Assembly (NCBI GenBank): GCA_943788985.1
Contig: CALSSJ010000021.1
Coordinates: forward strand, 94,274 to 158,273
Origin: an uncultured Lentisphaerales bacterium
Lineage (GTDB): Bacteria; Verrucomicrobiota; Lentisphaeria; JABSQK01; UBA12247
Reading direction: 5' to 3'
Length of the DNA: 64,000 bases
Part shown: in pieces, positions 1 to 10,401 of the stretch
How positions within the stretch are numbered: position 1 is the first letter of the stretch
Layout: the number at the start of each line of letters is the position of its first letter
The notes under the pieces: generated by a model
What the model was told of the DNA's origin: nothing
The model's database searches: none
The model's input: only the letters and a program-made list of their open reading frames with translations
Translations under genes and position numbers: made by a program

Positions 1-1037
1 AATCGAAGCCGCTTTGCCCGACCATGTCTGGATCCACGACCTCAATACCAACCATGGCGCGGCGACCAGTTACCATCTCTACCCGCGGTTGGGGACTGGC
101 GTAGCTGCTGGAGATTACTGTGCCTTCGTGATCTGGCTCGAACGTGTTCTTGACGCGAATCGAGATGCCCTTCGCCTCCATCGCCTTGCTGGCGCGTGGA
201 TGAATGGCCTCCATACCGAGGTCGGCGAGTTGGTCGGCGACATCGAAGTTTGTCGCGCCAATCACCTGCACGCTGTCTTCGCCGATGAGATTGGGGTCGC
301 CTGTGCTGAGGTGAAATTCCTTGTGAATAATCCCTTCCAGAGCATCGGTGAGCACTGCGATCTTGCTGAACGTGATCTCGCTATACCCGCGATCGTAGGT
401 GCCCATGATCCCCTCGGCACACTTTGTGTACCCAGTCGCGATCGGTAGTTGGGTCGCGAGGTTGAGACCGTCGAAGCCACGGCTGATCACTTCATCAAAG
501 TCCAGGTTTGCCTTTTCCTGCCAGCCGGTAAGATCGACGAATACCGCGTTAACCCCCTGCTGCTGCAGGATCAGGGCCGCGTTATACGCACTGTGCGCCT
601 CCCCAACTGAGCTGATCATCTCGCGAACTGTCGGCAGGTAGTCGGATAATTCGAAATGCCCGAAGGAGCACAGACGCTGCAGGCTGCGCAAGCATTCGGA
701 GACACCGCCCAGCCGTTCGTCGACAAAGGCATCTGCCTCCGCGCTGTCCAGCCCTAGCGGGGCCATGTCGGCGTTGATCCGCTTCATCGTGCTACGCACG
801 TCTTCCAGCGCGTCACGCCAACTGGTATCTGTGCCCGCAAAGCGCCCGTAGATGCCCGGTATTCCGTGTTTTTTTCCCTTCTAGTAGCAGATCGGTAATC
901 CCGCCATATGCCGAGACCACAAAGATGCGTTGATACAAATCCTCGCCGGATCGGTCCTGGATGATCACGTTCTTCACCACGCGATCAAACTGGGTCATCG
1001 ACGTGCCGCCGATCTTCTCTACGGTATGCTGCGCCAT
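1..1037 (-). CDS. ask: Aspartokinase, ectoine-associated Ask_Ect type; one frameshift near 870; runs off the window start
   Basis: N-terminus MAQHTVEKIGGTSM...RIFVVSAYGGITDLLLE. After a 1-nt shift next to the T-run near 870 the frame continues through GIPGIYGRFA...GEAHSAYN...DRGYSEITFSKIA...HKEFHLSTGDP...DVADQLADLGMEAIHP, which are typical Ask_Ect motifs. Confidence 0.88.
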
Positions 1038-1132
1038 GATTCCCCCTGAAGAGCAAAAAACAGTACGTTACATAATTCCCGGGCGCCTGCAAACTCGGGC
1101 TACCCAGCGCGGCACAGAAAATACTTAGAGGC

Positions 1133-2266
1133 TTACTCCGCTGGCTGCGGCTCGCGTCCTTCCCCATAAGTAATTTCAACCTTGCTGCGCAGCGACGCCA
1201 GGTACTCTTCCATCACGCCCTGGCGGGCTTTTTGCGTCAGCTCGGCGACGAGTTGCTCCCGGGCCCCTTCGAATGAGGGCGCTGCTGCCTCGTTACGCTC
1301 GGTGACCTCAATCAAGTGATAGCCGAAACTTGTCTCGACGACTTCACCGACCTTGTTCAGCTCCTGAGAAAAGGCAGCCTCTGAGAATTCCGGCACCATA
1401 CGTTCGCGGGTGAAGGAACCCAGGCTCCCACCCTCGGCACTGCTGGGACACTCGGAATGTTCGCCTGCGATCTCCGCAAAATCGGAACCAGCTAGAATCT
1501 TCGTCCGGAGGTCCTTGATCTCTTTGAGCTTCGCTTGCTTAGTCGCGGCATCAGCATCCTTCTCGAGCTTGAGCAGGACGTGGCGCGCGCTGGCGCTCTC
1601 AGCTTTGGCGAAGCGTGTTTCGTCTTTTTCATACTCTGCTTTCAAAGCCTCTTCAGTGGGTTCCGGCAGCGATGCAGACTGCATGGCGACCAAGCTTTGG
1701 ATGATGAGATCTTGGGCGATCTCACCGCGCAAGGCCTCATCCGTGAGCCCCATCTGCTCGAGAGCGTCTTCCCATTTAATTTCAGCTGGAATCTGCTTGC
1801 GCAGTTCGGCAAGTGCCTTCGTCATCTGCTCTTCTGTGGCTTCCAGTTTCTGGGCCTTCGCTTCCAGGGCCAGGACGGAGGTGGCGATGAAGCGCTCAAT
1901 GGCCTGCTGCTCGAGTCTGGGCATCATCTGTTGCATGAACTGCCCCTGCATCTGCGGCGGGATCTGCTGCAGCTGGCGACCAGCCATCTGCTGAACCATG
2001 GCGCGCATCTGCCCGACTGTGAGCTTTTGGCCGCCGACCTCTACCACCATCGTTTCGGATGAAACAGGCGCCTGTCCGGGGCTCGGTGCACCTGCCGCTG
2101 CAGGGCCCCCGGGTACGGCTGGCAAACCAGGGAAGCTCTGGTTTCGAACCTGCTCAGTCGCGACCGATGCAGCAGCCTCGGGAGGCGTCGCGGCCTGCTC
2201 AGATTTTCCACAGCCGACGATGAACACACAGAGACTCAGGAAGGGAAGAAAAATACGGGAGGTCAT
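1133..2266 (-). CDS. Parvulin (PpiC/PrsA/SurA-type) peptidyl-prolyl isomerase, predicted lipoprotein
   Basis: Lipobox-like VFIVGC, SurA-like helical N domain, and rotamase motifs ARHVL...FAEIAGEHSECPS..EGGSLGSF...MVPEFSEAAF...VETSFGYHLI. Confidence 0.9.
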   Translation of the reverse strand: MTSRIFLPFLSLCVFIVGCGKSEQAATPPEAAASVATEQVRNQSFPGLPAVPGGPAAAGAPSPGQAPVSSETMVVEVGGQKLTVGQMRAMVQQMAGRQLQQIPPQMQGQFMQQMMPRLEQQAIERFIATSVLALEAKAQKLEATEEQMTKALAELRKQIPAEIKWEDALEQMGLTDEALRGEIAQDLIIQSLVAMQSASLPEPTEEALKAEYEKDETRFAKAESASARHVLLKLEKDADAATKQAKLKEIKDLRTKILAGSDFAEIAGEHSECPSSAEGGSLGSFTRERMVPEFSEAAFSQELNKVGEVVETSFGYHLIEVTERNEAAAPSFEGAREQLVAELTQKARQGVMEEYLASLRSKVEITYGEGREPQPAE

Positions 2267-2383
2267 AAAAACTCCGAGTGAGGTCAGAATAGCCAAGGGA
2301 AACTCAGAGAGAGATACCTCTTGGGAACGAGAACTTTAGCCGCTGTGCCTGACGTGGCCAGCGACAAACTGGGATTTGGCGCG

Positions 2384-3256
2384 CTACGGGACATCGCCGG
2401 GAGCAATTTCGTAGGTCTTGGCACAGAAATGGCAACGCACACGGACCGCCTCGCCGCTGCTGCGAATCTCATCTCGCTCCGCGACGGGCAATGTCTGAAG
2501 CATGGCCACGGACGAATCATGACTGCAGCCACAGCGATAAACTGGCGCGGGCCCCGGGTAGAGCTGGCAACTGCAGTCCAAGTCATGGGTAAGAGCATTG
2601 AGCACCTCACTGGCAAAGTCTTCATCCCGCTCACCGGCTTCCAGAATGCTCCGGACCTCGGGCGCGAGCAGCCGCTTCCTCAGATCATCAAACTGCTCAA
2701 GGTCGCAGTCTGGCATTGCTTGAAGCATAATTCCATAACATTGCCGTACGGGCCGAGCGGGATCAGGGGCGAACTGCACCAACACTGCGAGCGCGGTCTC
2801 GAGCTGGTCACTGACCGCAAAGTGATGGGCCAAATCCTCGACCACATCGTGGAGTACTGCCTCGCTGGTGCCGCTGGCCAGCACACGGCCCGTCGGCTGA
2901 TCGGATTTTGTCACAGCCACGGTGCCCGCCTCACCGAACAGCTTGTCCAACGATTCCACGCCCTCGCCGATAGACGCCGGGTTAATCAGAGCCCGCAGGT
3001 CACAGTCGGCACCAATATCTGCCATGATCGAGTTAAGCACACCAGGATACTCCCAGCGAATCGTAAACCGCTCCGTATCATTCAGCAGCGGCGATAGCAA
3101 GGCGGCGGCACCAATCGCCCGGCAAATCAGATGTGCGGCGACCGGTTCAAGGTTGTGCGCGACCACGGCCTCATTGCAGGCGGCGGTGCATGACACGACA
3201 CTGAAGCGCGTCTCAAGCTCGGGCAGTGTGCCCCGGCATAGGAAATCCAGATACAT
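2384..3256 (-). CDS. hslO: Hsp33 redox-regulated chaperone
   Basis: C-terminal zinc motif CGCS...CHFC and Hsp33-like N domain with SDQLETAL. Start placed at ATG 3256. Confidence 0.85.
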   Translation of the reverse strand: MYLDFLCRGTLPELETRFSVVSCTAACNEAVVAHNLEPVAAHLICRAIGAAALLSPLLNDTERFTIRWEYPGVLNSIMADIGADCDLRALINPASIGEGVESLDKLFGEAGTVAVTKSDQPTGRVLASGTSEAVLHDVVEDLAHHFAVSDQLETALAVLVQFAPDPARPVRQCYGIMLQAMPDCDLEQFDDLRKRLLAPEVRSILEAGERDEDFASEVLNALTHDLDCSCQLYPGPAPVYRCGCSHDSSVAMLQTLPVAERDEIRSSGEAVRVRCHFCAKTYEIAPGDVP

Positions 3257-3269
3257 GGCTAAACCTGAA

Positions 3270-4220
3270 TCATTCTGTAGGAGTGCAAGCGCCGATAAAT
3301 TGACGCAACTGTGAGAGATACTCTTTCCCGCCGCAGAGAACCGTTTCGTTGTGTCGGCAATCTGGCAGGGGGTAGAACGTCTTGGGTTGCGCTGCCGCGT
3401 CAAACAGTGCCTCGCCGAATTCATAGGGAATGATCTCGTCGCCCGGGCTATGAAGAATCAGCTTCGGCATGCTCAAGTGCTGGATACGCCGCAGCGTATT
3501 CATCTTCGTGCGGATCATGAACTTTGGGACGAATGGGTAGGCCCGCCCTGCCATCTCCGGCACGGACGTAAAGGTAGACTCCAGAATCAATCCTGCCGGC
3601 TTGCAAACCTCAGCCTGCGCCGCCGCCACAGCGCCCCCCAGCGAGACCCCGAAGATCACGAGCTGACCTTCTGGGATCTCCCGCTCGTCGACCAGATAAT
3701 TCCAGGCCGCGTTGGCGTCTTGGTAGGCACCAGCCTCCGACGGCTTCCCTTCACTGCGGCCGAATCCTCGGTAATCGAAAATAAGCACTGACACTGGAAA
3801 TTGCACCATCAGCGAGAGCCGCTCCACACGATCTGAGAGGTTGCCTGCGTTGCCATGGCACAAGAGTACTGTCGCGGTTGTCTCTACCGGTTCACGTTGC
3901 GGACCTCGCACCGGGGTAACGAACCAAGCGTGAATCCGGGTCCCGTCTGCAGCCGTTAGCCAGACATCCTCAATCTGAGGTGTGATCGAGTCGTCGCCCA
4001 GATCAGGAAACGTGGGCTCCCAGTACCCTTCCGGGTATTTAACCGGATGAAAAATCAGCGATTCTTCCTTCCACATCAGAAACAAGCCCCCGACAACAAT
4101 TGTGAGCAGAACCGTGCGCAGCACACGTACGAAAACCTGTGGGGGCTTGCGAGGAGGCTTTGGCTCTTCTAGCTTAGCGGATAAGGCCAAAGCCACCAAT
4201 CCCGAGAACGAGAGCAGCAA
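3270..4220 (-). CDS. Membrane-anchored alpha/beta hydrolase (BEM46/ABHD13/17-like)
   Basis: Motifs HGNAGN, FDYRGFGRSEG, nucleophile GVSLGG, DEIIP and HNE. The true N-terminus may extend to about 4311-4344 through a frameshift near 4173. Confidence 0.85.
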   Translation of the reverse strand: MLLSFSGLVALALSAKLEEPKPPRKPPQVFVRVLRTVLLTIVVGGLFLMWKEESLIFHPVKYPEGYWEPTFPDLGDDSITPQIEDVWLTAADGTRIHAWFVTPVRGPQREPVETTATVLLCHGNAGNLSDRVERLSLMVQFPVSVLIFDYRGFGRSEGKPSEAGAYQDANAAWNYLVDEREIPEGQLVIFGVSLGGAVAAAQAEVCKPAGLILESTFTSVPEMAGRAYPFVPKFMIRTKMNTLRRIQHLSMPKLILHSPGDEIIPYEFGEALFDAAAQPKTFYPLPDCRHNETVLCGGKEYLSQLRQFIGACTPTE

Positions 4221-4373
4221 CGCAGTAGACTACCCAGCGCCATGAGCGGGCTTCGGGCCGGGGCGCAGCCGTCCTGGGTTGAAAGCGAGAACGCCCCAGG
4301 AGCTCTCGCATCTCGTGGGATTTGTCCTGCTTTTTCACAGGCACTCGCAGTAGGGTCTCATGAATGATTCAGG

Positions 4374-4913
4374 CTAAAAGTCGATACCGGGAACTTCCGG
4401 CACCTTCCTACGCCGGCGTGACCGTTCGCGCTCAAAGTTTCCAGCGCCATACCAAAGGCCTGCGAAAAAGCCGATGACAGCCCCGATAAAACCCAGCACC
4501 CCGCCAATCACGCTGACCCCGTTGGCATTCATATCCGCAATCACCGGCCCGTAATGCCCGACAAGAAAGGCCAGCGAGCCAAGTGTGCCTGCGCCAATAA
4601 ACGCGCCAATCAAGGCTGAAAACTCGTCGCTGCCGACTAGGATCCGAAAGCCGTAGGGAGGAGGCCGATGACGCTCGCGAGATTTTGCCAAGACCGCACA
4701 GATCCGGATGAACCCGATCAGTGCGCCAATGAGAAAGCCAATGGCGTAGAAGGTGGCCGGGTGCAGCAGCTTACCTAGGAAACCCGGACGGTCAGAGGTA
4801 ATTCCCACCAGCGCCAGATTTAGCAGTGCAGCAGGCATCATCAGCGCGCCCCCAACGGTCAAGCCCGTGAGAATGCACATACCAATACGATTTAACAGCT
4901 GAAGGGGATTCAT
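4374..4913 (-). CDS. Hypothetical Gly-rich membrane protein (about 4 TM)
   Basis: 179-aa ORF with several hydrophobic, Gly-rich segments, on the same strand as the downstream genes. Confidence 0.6.
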   Translation of the reverse strand: MNPLQLLNRIGMCILTGLTVGGALMMPAALLNLALVGITSDRPGFLGKLLHPATFYAIGFLIGALIGFIRICAVLAKSRERHRPPPYGFRILVGSDEFSALIGAFIGAGTLGSLAFLVGHYGPVIADMNANGVSVIGGVLGFIGAVIGFFAGLWYGAGNFERERSRRRRKVPEVPGIDF

Positions 4914-5057
4914 TTGCGCTCACACTCGAAAAACAATTAAAGGTAAGGTCCTGCGCTGTATCGTCCACTGCAGGTTCAGACAGCGAATTGATCCATTGGC
5001 TTGAATCGTTGTTCGGCAGGAATACAGGTGGTGTCCCTGAACGTTTGGAGTTTTGAG

Positions 5058-7356
5058 ATGATCTCGCGCTATTTGAAGTGGTTACAGAAGGATACGCCAA
5101 CGGGCGGCGTCGAGCCATACCCGGAAGCGAACGAACGCTATGAGACCTCTCAGGCAGGCGTCTACATCGCTGGCGATCTTACCGGCATTCCCCTGCTGAA
5201 GCTTGCAGCCGAGTCTGGGACACGTCTGGTCCGACAATTTGTCAGCGACGGGGCCTTTGCCGCGGGACGAGACGAGGCGGTCTTGGACGTCGCGATCGTG
5301 GGGGCCGGTCCCGCCGGCGTAGCCGCCGGCCTAGAATGCCAAGCCCAAGGGCTGCGCTATGAGATTCTGGAAGCATCAGACAAGCTTTTCTCTACTATCG
5401 CGAACTTTCCCAAGGGAAAGCCGATCCTGGCCAAGCCGGATGAGTTCCAGCAGGAATCCGCGCTGCTGATCCGTAACGGGGACAAGGAGTCGCTCCTCAC
5501 CGAAATGTACGGGCAGGTACAGGACCAGCACCTGGCCGTCAGCCTCGGCACCATGGTGAAGCGTATCTCCCGCAAAGGCCAATTGCTACGAATCGACTGC
5601 AGCAATGGCGAGCGTAAGGCCAGACGCGTGGTCCTCGCAATCGGCAAGACTGGAAATGCCCGCAACCTCGGCATCCCAGGCGAGGATCTGCCTAAGGTCT
5701 ACAACAAGCTCTACGATCCAAGCGAATTTCGCGGCCAGCAAGTCCTAGTCGTAGGCGGCGGCGACTCCGCCCTGGAGGCAGCGATTGCCCTAGCCAAATC
5801 TGGCAATACGGTCACGCTTTCCTACCGCAAGCCTGCCTTTGATCGGCCTAAGCCGGAGAATCAGAAAGCTCTTAGTGAGCTGGGCATCACAGTCGTCTTT
5901 CAAAGCACGGTCCAAGAGATTCGCGCGAGCGAGGTCCTGCTTTCCACTGCCAGTGCCCCACAGACCATCGCCAACGACCAAGTCTTCATCCTGATTGGTC
6001 GCGAACTCCCCCTCGCCTTCTTTCGCCGCAGCGGAATCCGCATGGAGGGCGAGAAAGATCGGTCTTATTTCGTGTTTTACGCGGCCATGCTAAGCTTCTT
6101 CACCATGCTCTACTTCGGCAAGTCTGGTGCCTCTATCGACCTTGCCGCAGGCATGCAGCAAGCGACTGAAAAGCTGAAACAGGCCAGCTGGCACGAACAG
6201 CTCGGTTTCGTCCTCGGTCTGGTCGGCGCTGCGGTGTTCGCAATTAGTGGGCTCTGGGCGCTGGGCATCATGGTAAATCGACGCCAGAGCTACTTCAAAC
6301 CTGGGTGGCCCGCTCATCAAATACGGGTACATGATTGCCGTCTCGCTGATCTATTCCTGGGTTTACATCACCTATAATCTCGGCCGCAATGGCTGGCAGG
6401 AAGGGCCGACCTATTCTTACTCGCTACTCTATTGCACCACCATGCTGCTGTTCGGCATCCGCCGCGTGATCGTGAATCCCACCCGCTACATCAAACTTCA
6501 GACAACCTGCCTGGTCTTGGTCCAGGTCTTTTTTCTCTTTCTTCTGCCGTTTCACCTCTACGGGCACCTGGAATCGGCGCTCGGGGCAGACAGCGTCTTC
6601 ATTCAGCAAGTGTTCCCCCAAGGAAAATGGTCTGCATTCGGCCTAATCCTGTTCTGGCCGTTGCTCATCGGCAACTTCGGCACCAGCACCTTCTGGACGA
6701 TCTTCCCTTTCTTTCAGAGCGGGCTATTCCTATTCCTCATCATTCGCTACTGGGGCAAGGGCATCTACTGCGGCTGGATCTGCAGCTGCGGCGGCATGGC
6801 CGAAACCCTCGGTGATGAGTACCGCACCAAGGCACCGCATGGAAAAACCGCGAAGAAGCTGGAAAACATAGGCCAGTTCATCCTGCTGTTTGCGGTGATC
6901 GCAACGGTGCTTAAGGTGACCAGCAACAGCACCGCCTCCCAGCTCGTTTGGTACAGCTACAAGGTAAGCGTAGACGTATTCTTTGCCGGTGTCCTCGGGC
7001 TGGGCGTGTACTTCTTCATGGGCGGACGCGTCTGGTGTCGCTTCGGCTGCCCACTCGCCGCCCTCATGCACATTTACACACGGTTCTCTAAGTACCGCAT
7101 TCTGGCAGAGAAGAAGAAATGCATCTCCTGTAATATCTGCACCAAAGTCTGCCACATGGGCATCGACGTGATGAACTACGCCAACAAAGGCGTGCCGATG
7201 AACGACGCAGAATGCGTACGCTGCTCGGCCTGTGTCGTCAGTTGCCCGGTCGATGTCCTCTCGTTTGGCCCGGTGGACCAGGCCGACCCCGATAACACCG
7301 AGTGCAAGGAAGTCCCCGACTACGGCAAGGAATCCTGGCGAGCTGGCTTAAAGTGA
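5058..7356 (+). CDS. FAD/NAD(P)H oxidoreductase (TrxB/YpdA-like, permuted) fused to a membrane 4Fe-4S polyferredoxin (NapH/YccM-like); frameshift near 6315
   Basis: Flavoprotein motifs GAGPAG, GGGDSA..SYRK and ETSQAGVYIAGD. The second ORF (6331-7356) has TM helices, YCGWICSC, WCRFGCP and two ferredoxin motifs (CISCNICTKVCH, CVRCSACVVSCP). The two overlapping ORFs join through a 1-nt shift. Confidence 0.8.
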
Positions 7357-7395
7357 CTCCCCCACACAGCCACTGACTCTTCCGTACCCGTTCCC

Positions 7396-9546
7396 ATGCG
7401 TAGACTTTACCTTGTCGCATTTTTTCTGCTGTCCACGCTACTGCAGGCGCAGGATCCTGCGCCAGAAACGGGCAGCGGCCCTGCCCTGCCCGTACTACAG
7501 GAGAAACTCCAACGCGAGATTGCCGCAATAGACAAGCGGCTCGTCGAGCCAGACCTTGCGGAGTCCGCGATTCGCGAACTCCGCAGCACCCGCGCCAGCC
7601 TTGAGCGCCTGGCTCTGATCTATGAACGGCATGCCGTAGCCGAACAACTCGCCGGCGACTTAGCCGTGACCATCGAAACGGCAAAAACGCGGTTGGACCA
7701 GCTCCAAAATCATGGTCTCAACGAGCCACCGCCCTACGAGTTCATGAAGCTCGAGCAGGTACGCGACTCACTCAAAATCGAGCGTACCAAGTGGGACGCG
7801 CTCGCTAGCACCAGTCAGGTTACCACGGACAGCCTCGCGGCCGCAAAGGCAGAAGCGGATGCCGCCGAATCTACCATGTTCAAGGCACGAGAGAAACTCG
7901 CCGCGAATCCCGGAGCCCCGGCTGGCAAGTCACTGCGCGGGCTTGCGCAGGACGCACGCCTGAAGAACGCGATTGCTGCTGGCCTCGTGGCCGAAGCACG
8001 AGCCGAAGGGCTGGCGCGAGAAAACCAGCGATTGCAGCTGGTGATTCTCGAGCAGACCGTCCACGTCATGGAGCCGCACTGTCGCTTTGCCCGCAAAGAC
8101 CTGGACCTGATTTTAGTGAGCGTAGAGCATGAGGACGCCCAGCTGCGCACCGAATTGCACCAAATCAGGAGTGAGCTGGAACACGCAGACCGCCAATGGA
8201 TCCGAGCGCGGGAAGCCGCAGACCCACAGGCCGCAGGACGACGACATCAGCACCGTCTATTGGCGCCTCGCTCGCCAAACCCACCAACAGGCGAGCGGCT
8301 GCCTTACCGCCAGGCTCGAGCGCCTGGTCGTGGTCCGAGAACTATGGCAGCGGCGTTATACCACCCTTCGCGGGCTCAAGAATCACGAACAGGCCGCCGA
8401 GTGGACCACAGCCGTGCGGGCGCAACTGGAACGCTGGGAGCGCGACCGCGCCTTGCGTCAGGCGCGAATCGCAGAGGCACAGGCAGCGCTAAATCAGCTG
8501 GCCGATAAGCCAGCTCTCCGCAACCAGAGCCGGCTCTGGCGCCAATGGTCCGAGCTACAGCAACAGGGACATGCAATCGCTCGCCAGCCAGATCCGTCTG
8601 GCCGAAAAACTCAAGGCCGAGCTCAACGCCCGGGGCGATAGCAAAATCATGCGCGTTCTCGCGAAAAGCTGGTCGATCGTCGGCAAAGGCTGGAACCTCG
8701 AGCTGACCAAGATCGACAATAAGCCGATCACCGTCAGTAAGGTCGTGATGGGCATCGTCCTGCTCGTCCTTGGGGTAATCGCCGCTAGAATCACTAGCCG
8801 CCAGGCCTCGAAGCGCCTGCTCAAGCGACTCGCTATCAACGCCAGCGCGGCCCCCACGCCATTCAGACCGTCATCTTCTATGTCCTGCTCGCCACTTTCA
8901 CATTGCTGGCTCTGCAGATGGTAAACGTCGCCGCTCACCGCCTTCACCATCCTCGGTGGTGCGCTCGCCATCGGTCTTGGTTTTGGCAGCCAGAACATCA
9001 TGAATAACTTCATCAGCGGTCTAATTTTGCTCATCGAGCGTCCGATCAAGATCGGCGATCTAGTGGAGGTAGACCGATCTCAACGGCATTGTCGCCGGAA
9101 TCGGCGCGCGCAGCACGCTCGTGCGGTCTGGAAACAACATCGACGTCGTCGTCCCCAACAGCCACTTCCTCGAGAACAGTGTCGTCAACTGGACCCGCAC
9201 CAACCGCAAAGTTCGTGTTTGCGTAAACGTAGGCGTGGCCTACGGGTCGCCCGTCGAGCAAGTACGGGAATTGCTACTGAAATCTCTGGACAATCAAAAG
9301 CGCGTGCTCTCTCGCGAACCAGCCACCGTCTTATTTACCGATTTCGGCGACAACGCCCTCGCCTTTCGCCTGCTATTCTGGGTCAATGTTCGCACTCAGC
9401 TGGACCAGTGGCAGGCAGAGAGCGACATCCGTTTCGCCATCGACAGGCTCTTCGCCGAAGCAGACGTTGTCATCGCCTTTCCGCAGCAAGATGTGCACCT
9501 GGACGTGTCCGCCGCCATTCCTGTCCACATCACCAACGAGTCATAG
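7396..9546 (+). CDS. MscS-family mechanosensitive channel with long periplasmic coiled coil (MscK/KefA-like); multiple frameshifts
   Basis: Signal peptide and coiled coil, then [39 protein letters not shown] and [17 protein letters not shown]...VGVAYGS...DFGDNAL...[10 protein letters not shown] spread over several frames. Confidence 0.85.
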
Positions 9547-9647
9547 AGCATGCCTGCGCCGGGCTGGACAATGCCGATGCAGCGTGGATAGTACCTCTTT
9601 TGCCGCACAAGAAGCGGCACACGACACACTCACGGAGGAATTGTCTG

Positions 9648-10256
9648 ATGGCATTCACAGTCGCTGATCTACCGTACGCCCATGACGCTCTGGAGCCGCA
9701 CATCGATGCGCGCACCATGGAGATTCATCACGGCAAACACCACGCCGGCTATGCCGCAAAACTCAACGCAGCAGTCGAAGGCACCGAGCACGCCAACTCG
9801 TCCGCAGCAGACCTCGTTGCTAACATCAACTCGCTGCCCGCAGGCATTCAGGGTGCAGTGCGCAACAACGGTGGCGGATACGTCAACCACACCTTGTTCT
9901 GGACTGTCATAAGTCCCAACGGAGGCGGCTCCCCCGACGGCGATTTGGCAGCAGCAATCACCGCAGAACTGGGCGGCCTGGACGCCTTCAAGACCGCGTT
10001 TAGCAACGCTGCAGCTACCCAATTCGGCAGTGGCTGGGCCTGGCTCGTCGTCAAAGCTGACGGCTCTCTCGCCGTCTACAGCACCGCAAACCAAGACAGC
10101 CCCCTGATGAATGGCGACACCCCGATCCTCGGGCTCGATGTCTGGGAGCATGCTTACTACCTGAACTACCAGAATCGGCGACCTGACTACATCTCCGCTT
10201 TCTGGAGTGTGGTGAACTGGTCGCAGGTTGCTGCGAACTACGCAGCCGCCAAGTAA
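9648..10256 (+). CDS. sodA: Superoxide dismutase, Mn-type signature
   Basis: Motifs [47 protein letters not shown] and [16 protein letters not shown] upstream of ATG 9648. Confidence 0.95.
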   Translation: MAFTVADLPYAHDALEPHIDARTMEIHHGKHHAGYAAKLNAAVEGTEHANSSAADLVANINSLPAGIQGAVRNNGGGYVNHTLFWTVISPNGGGSPDGDLAAAITAELGGLDAFKTAFSNAAATQFGSGWAWLVVKADGSLAVYSTANQDSPLMNGDTPILGLDVWEHAYYLNYQNRRPDYISAFWSVVNWSQVAANYAAAK

Positions 10257-10283
10257 GCCTCTCGTCGCACTTGCGACAGACCG

Positions 10284-10339
10284 ACAGCGCATCTGTGCGG
10301 AGTTCGCAAGGCTCTGTCAGATGCGCTGTTTGCATTTTT
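10284..10339 (+). terminator. Probable intrinsic terminator after sodA
   Basis: Perfect 12-bp inverted repeat ACAGCGCATCTG (10284-10295) / CAGATGCGCTGT (10318-10329), extended inward by G-U pairs around a GCAA-containing loop and followed by a T-rich tail. Confidence 0.7.
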
Positions 10340-10401
10340 AGGCATCTGCAGGAACAGTATTTCCCGTTCCCTAGGTAAGCTCTGAGCCTAAACGGTCCCC
10401 T

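Noticed and set aside
1410..3097. Long antisense ORFs (e.g. 1410-1994, 2321-3097, and similar ones across the window)
   Set aside because: They are shadow frames of well-supported genes in GC-rich DNA and carry no motifs.
9000..10256. 418-aa ORF that looks like an MscS-SOD fusion
   Set aside because: It is an artefact of a frameshift in mscS. sodA has its own RBS and ATG at 9648, and mscS ends at 9546.
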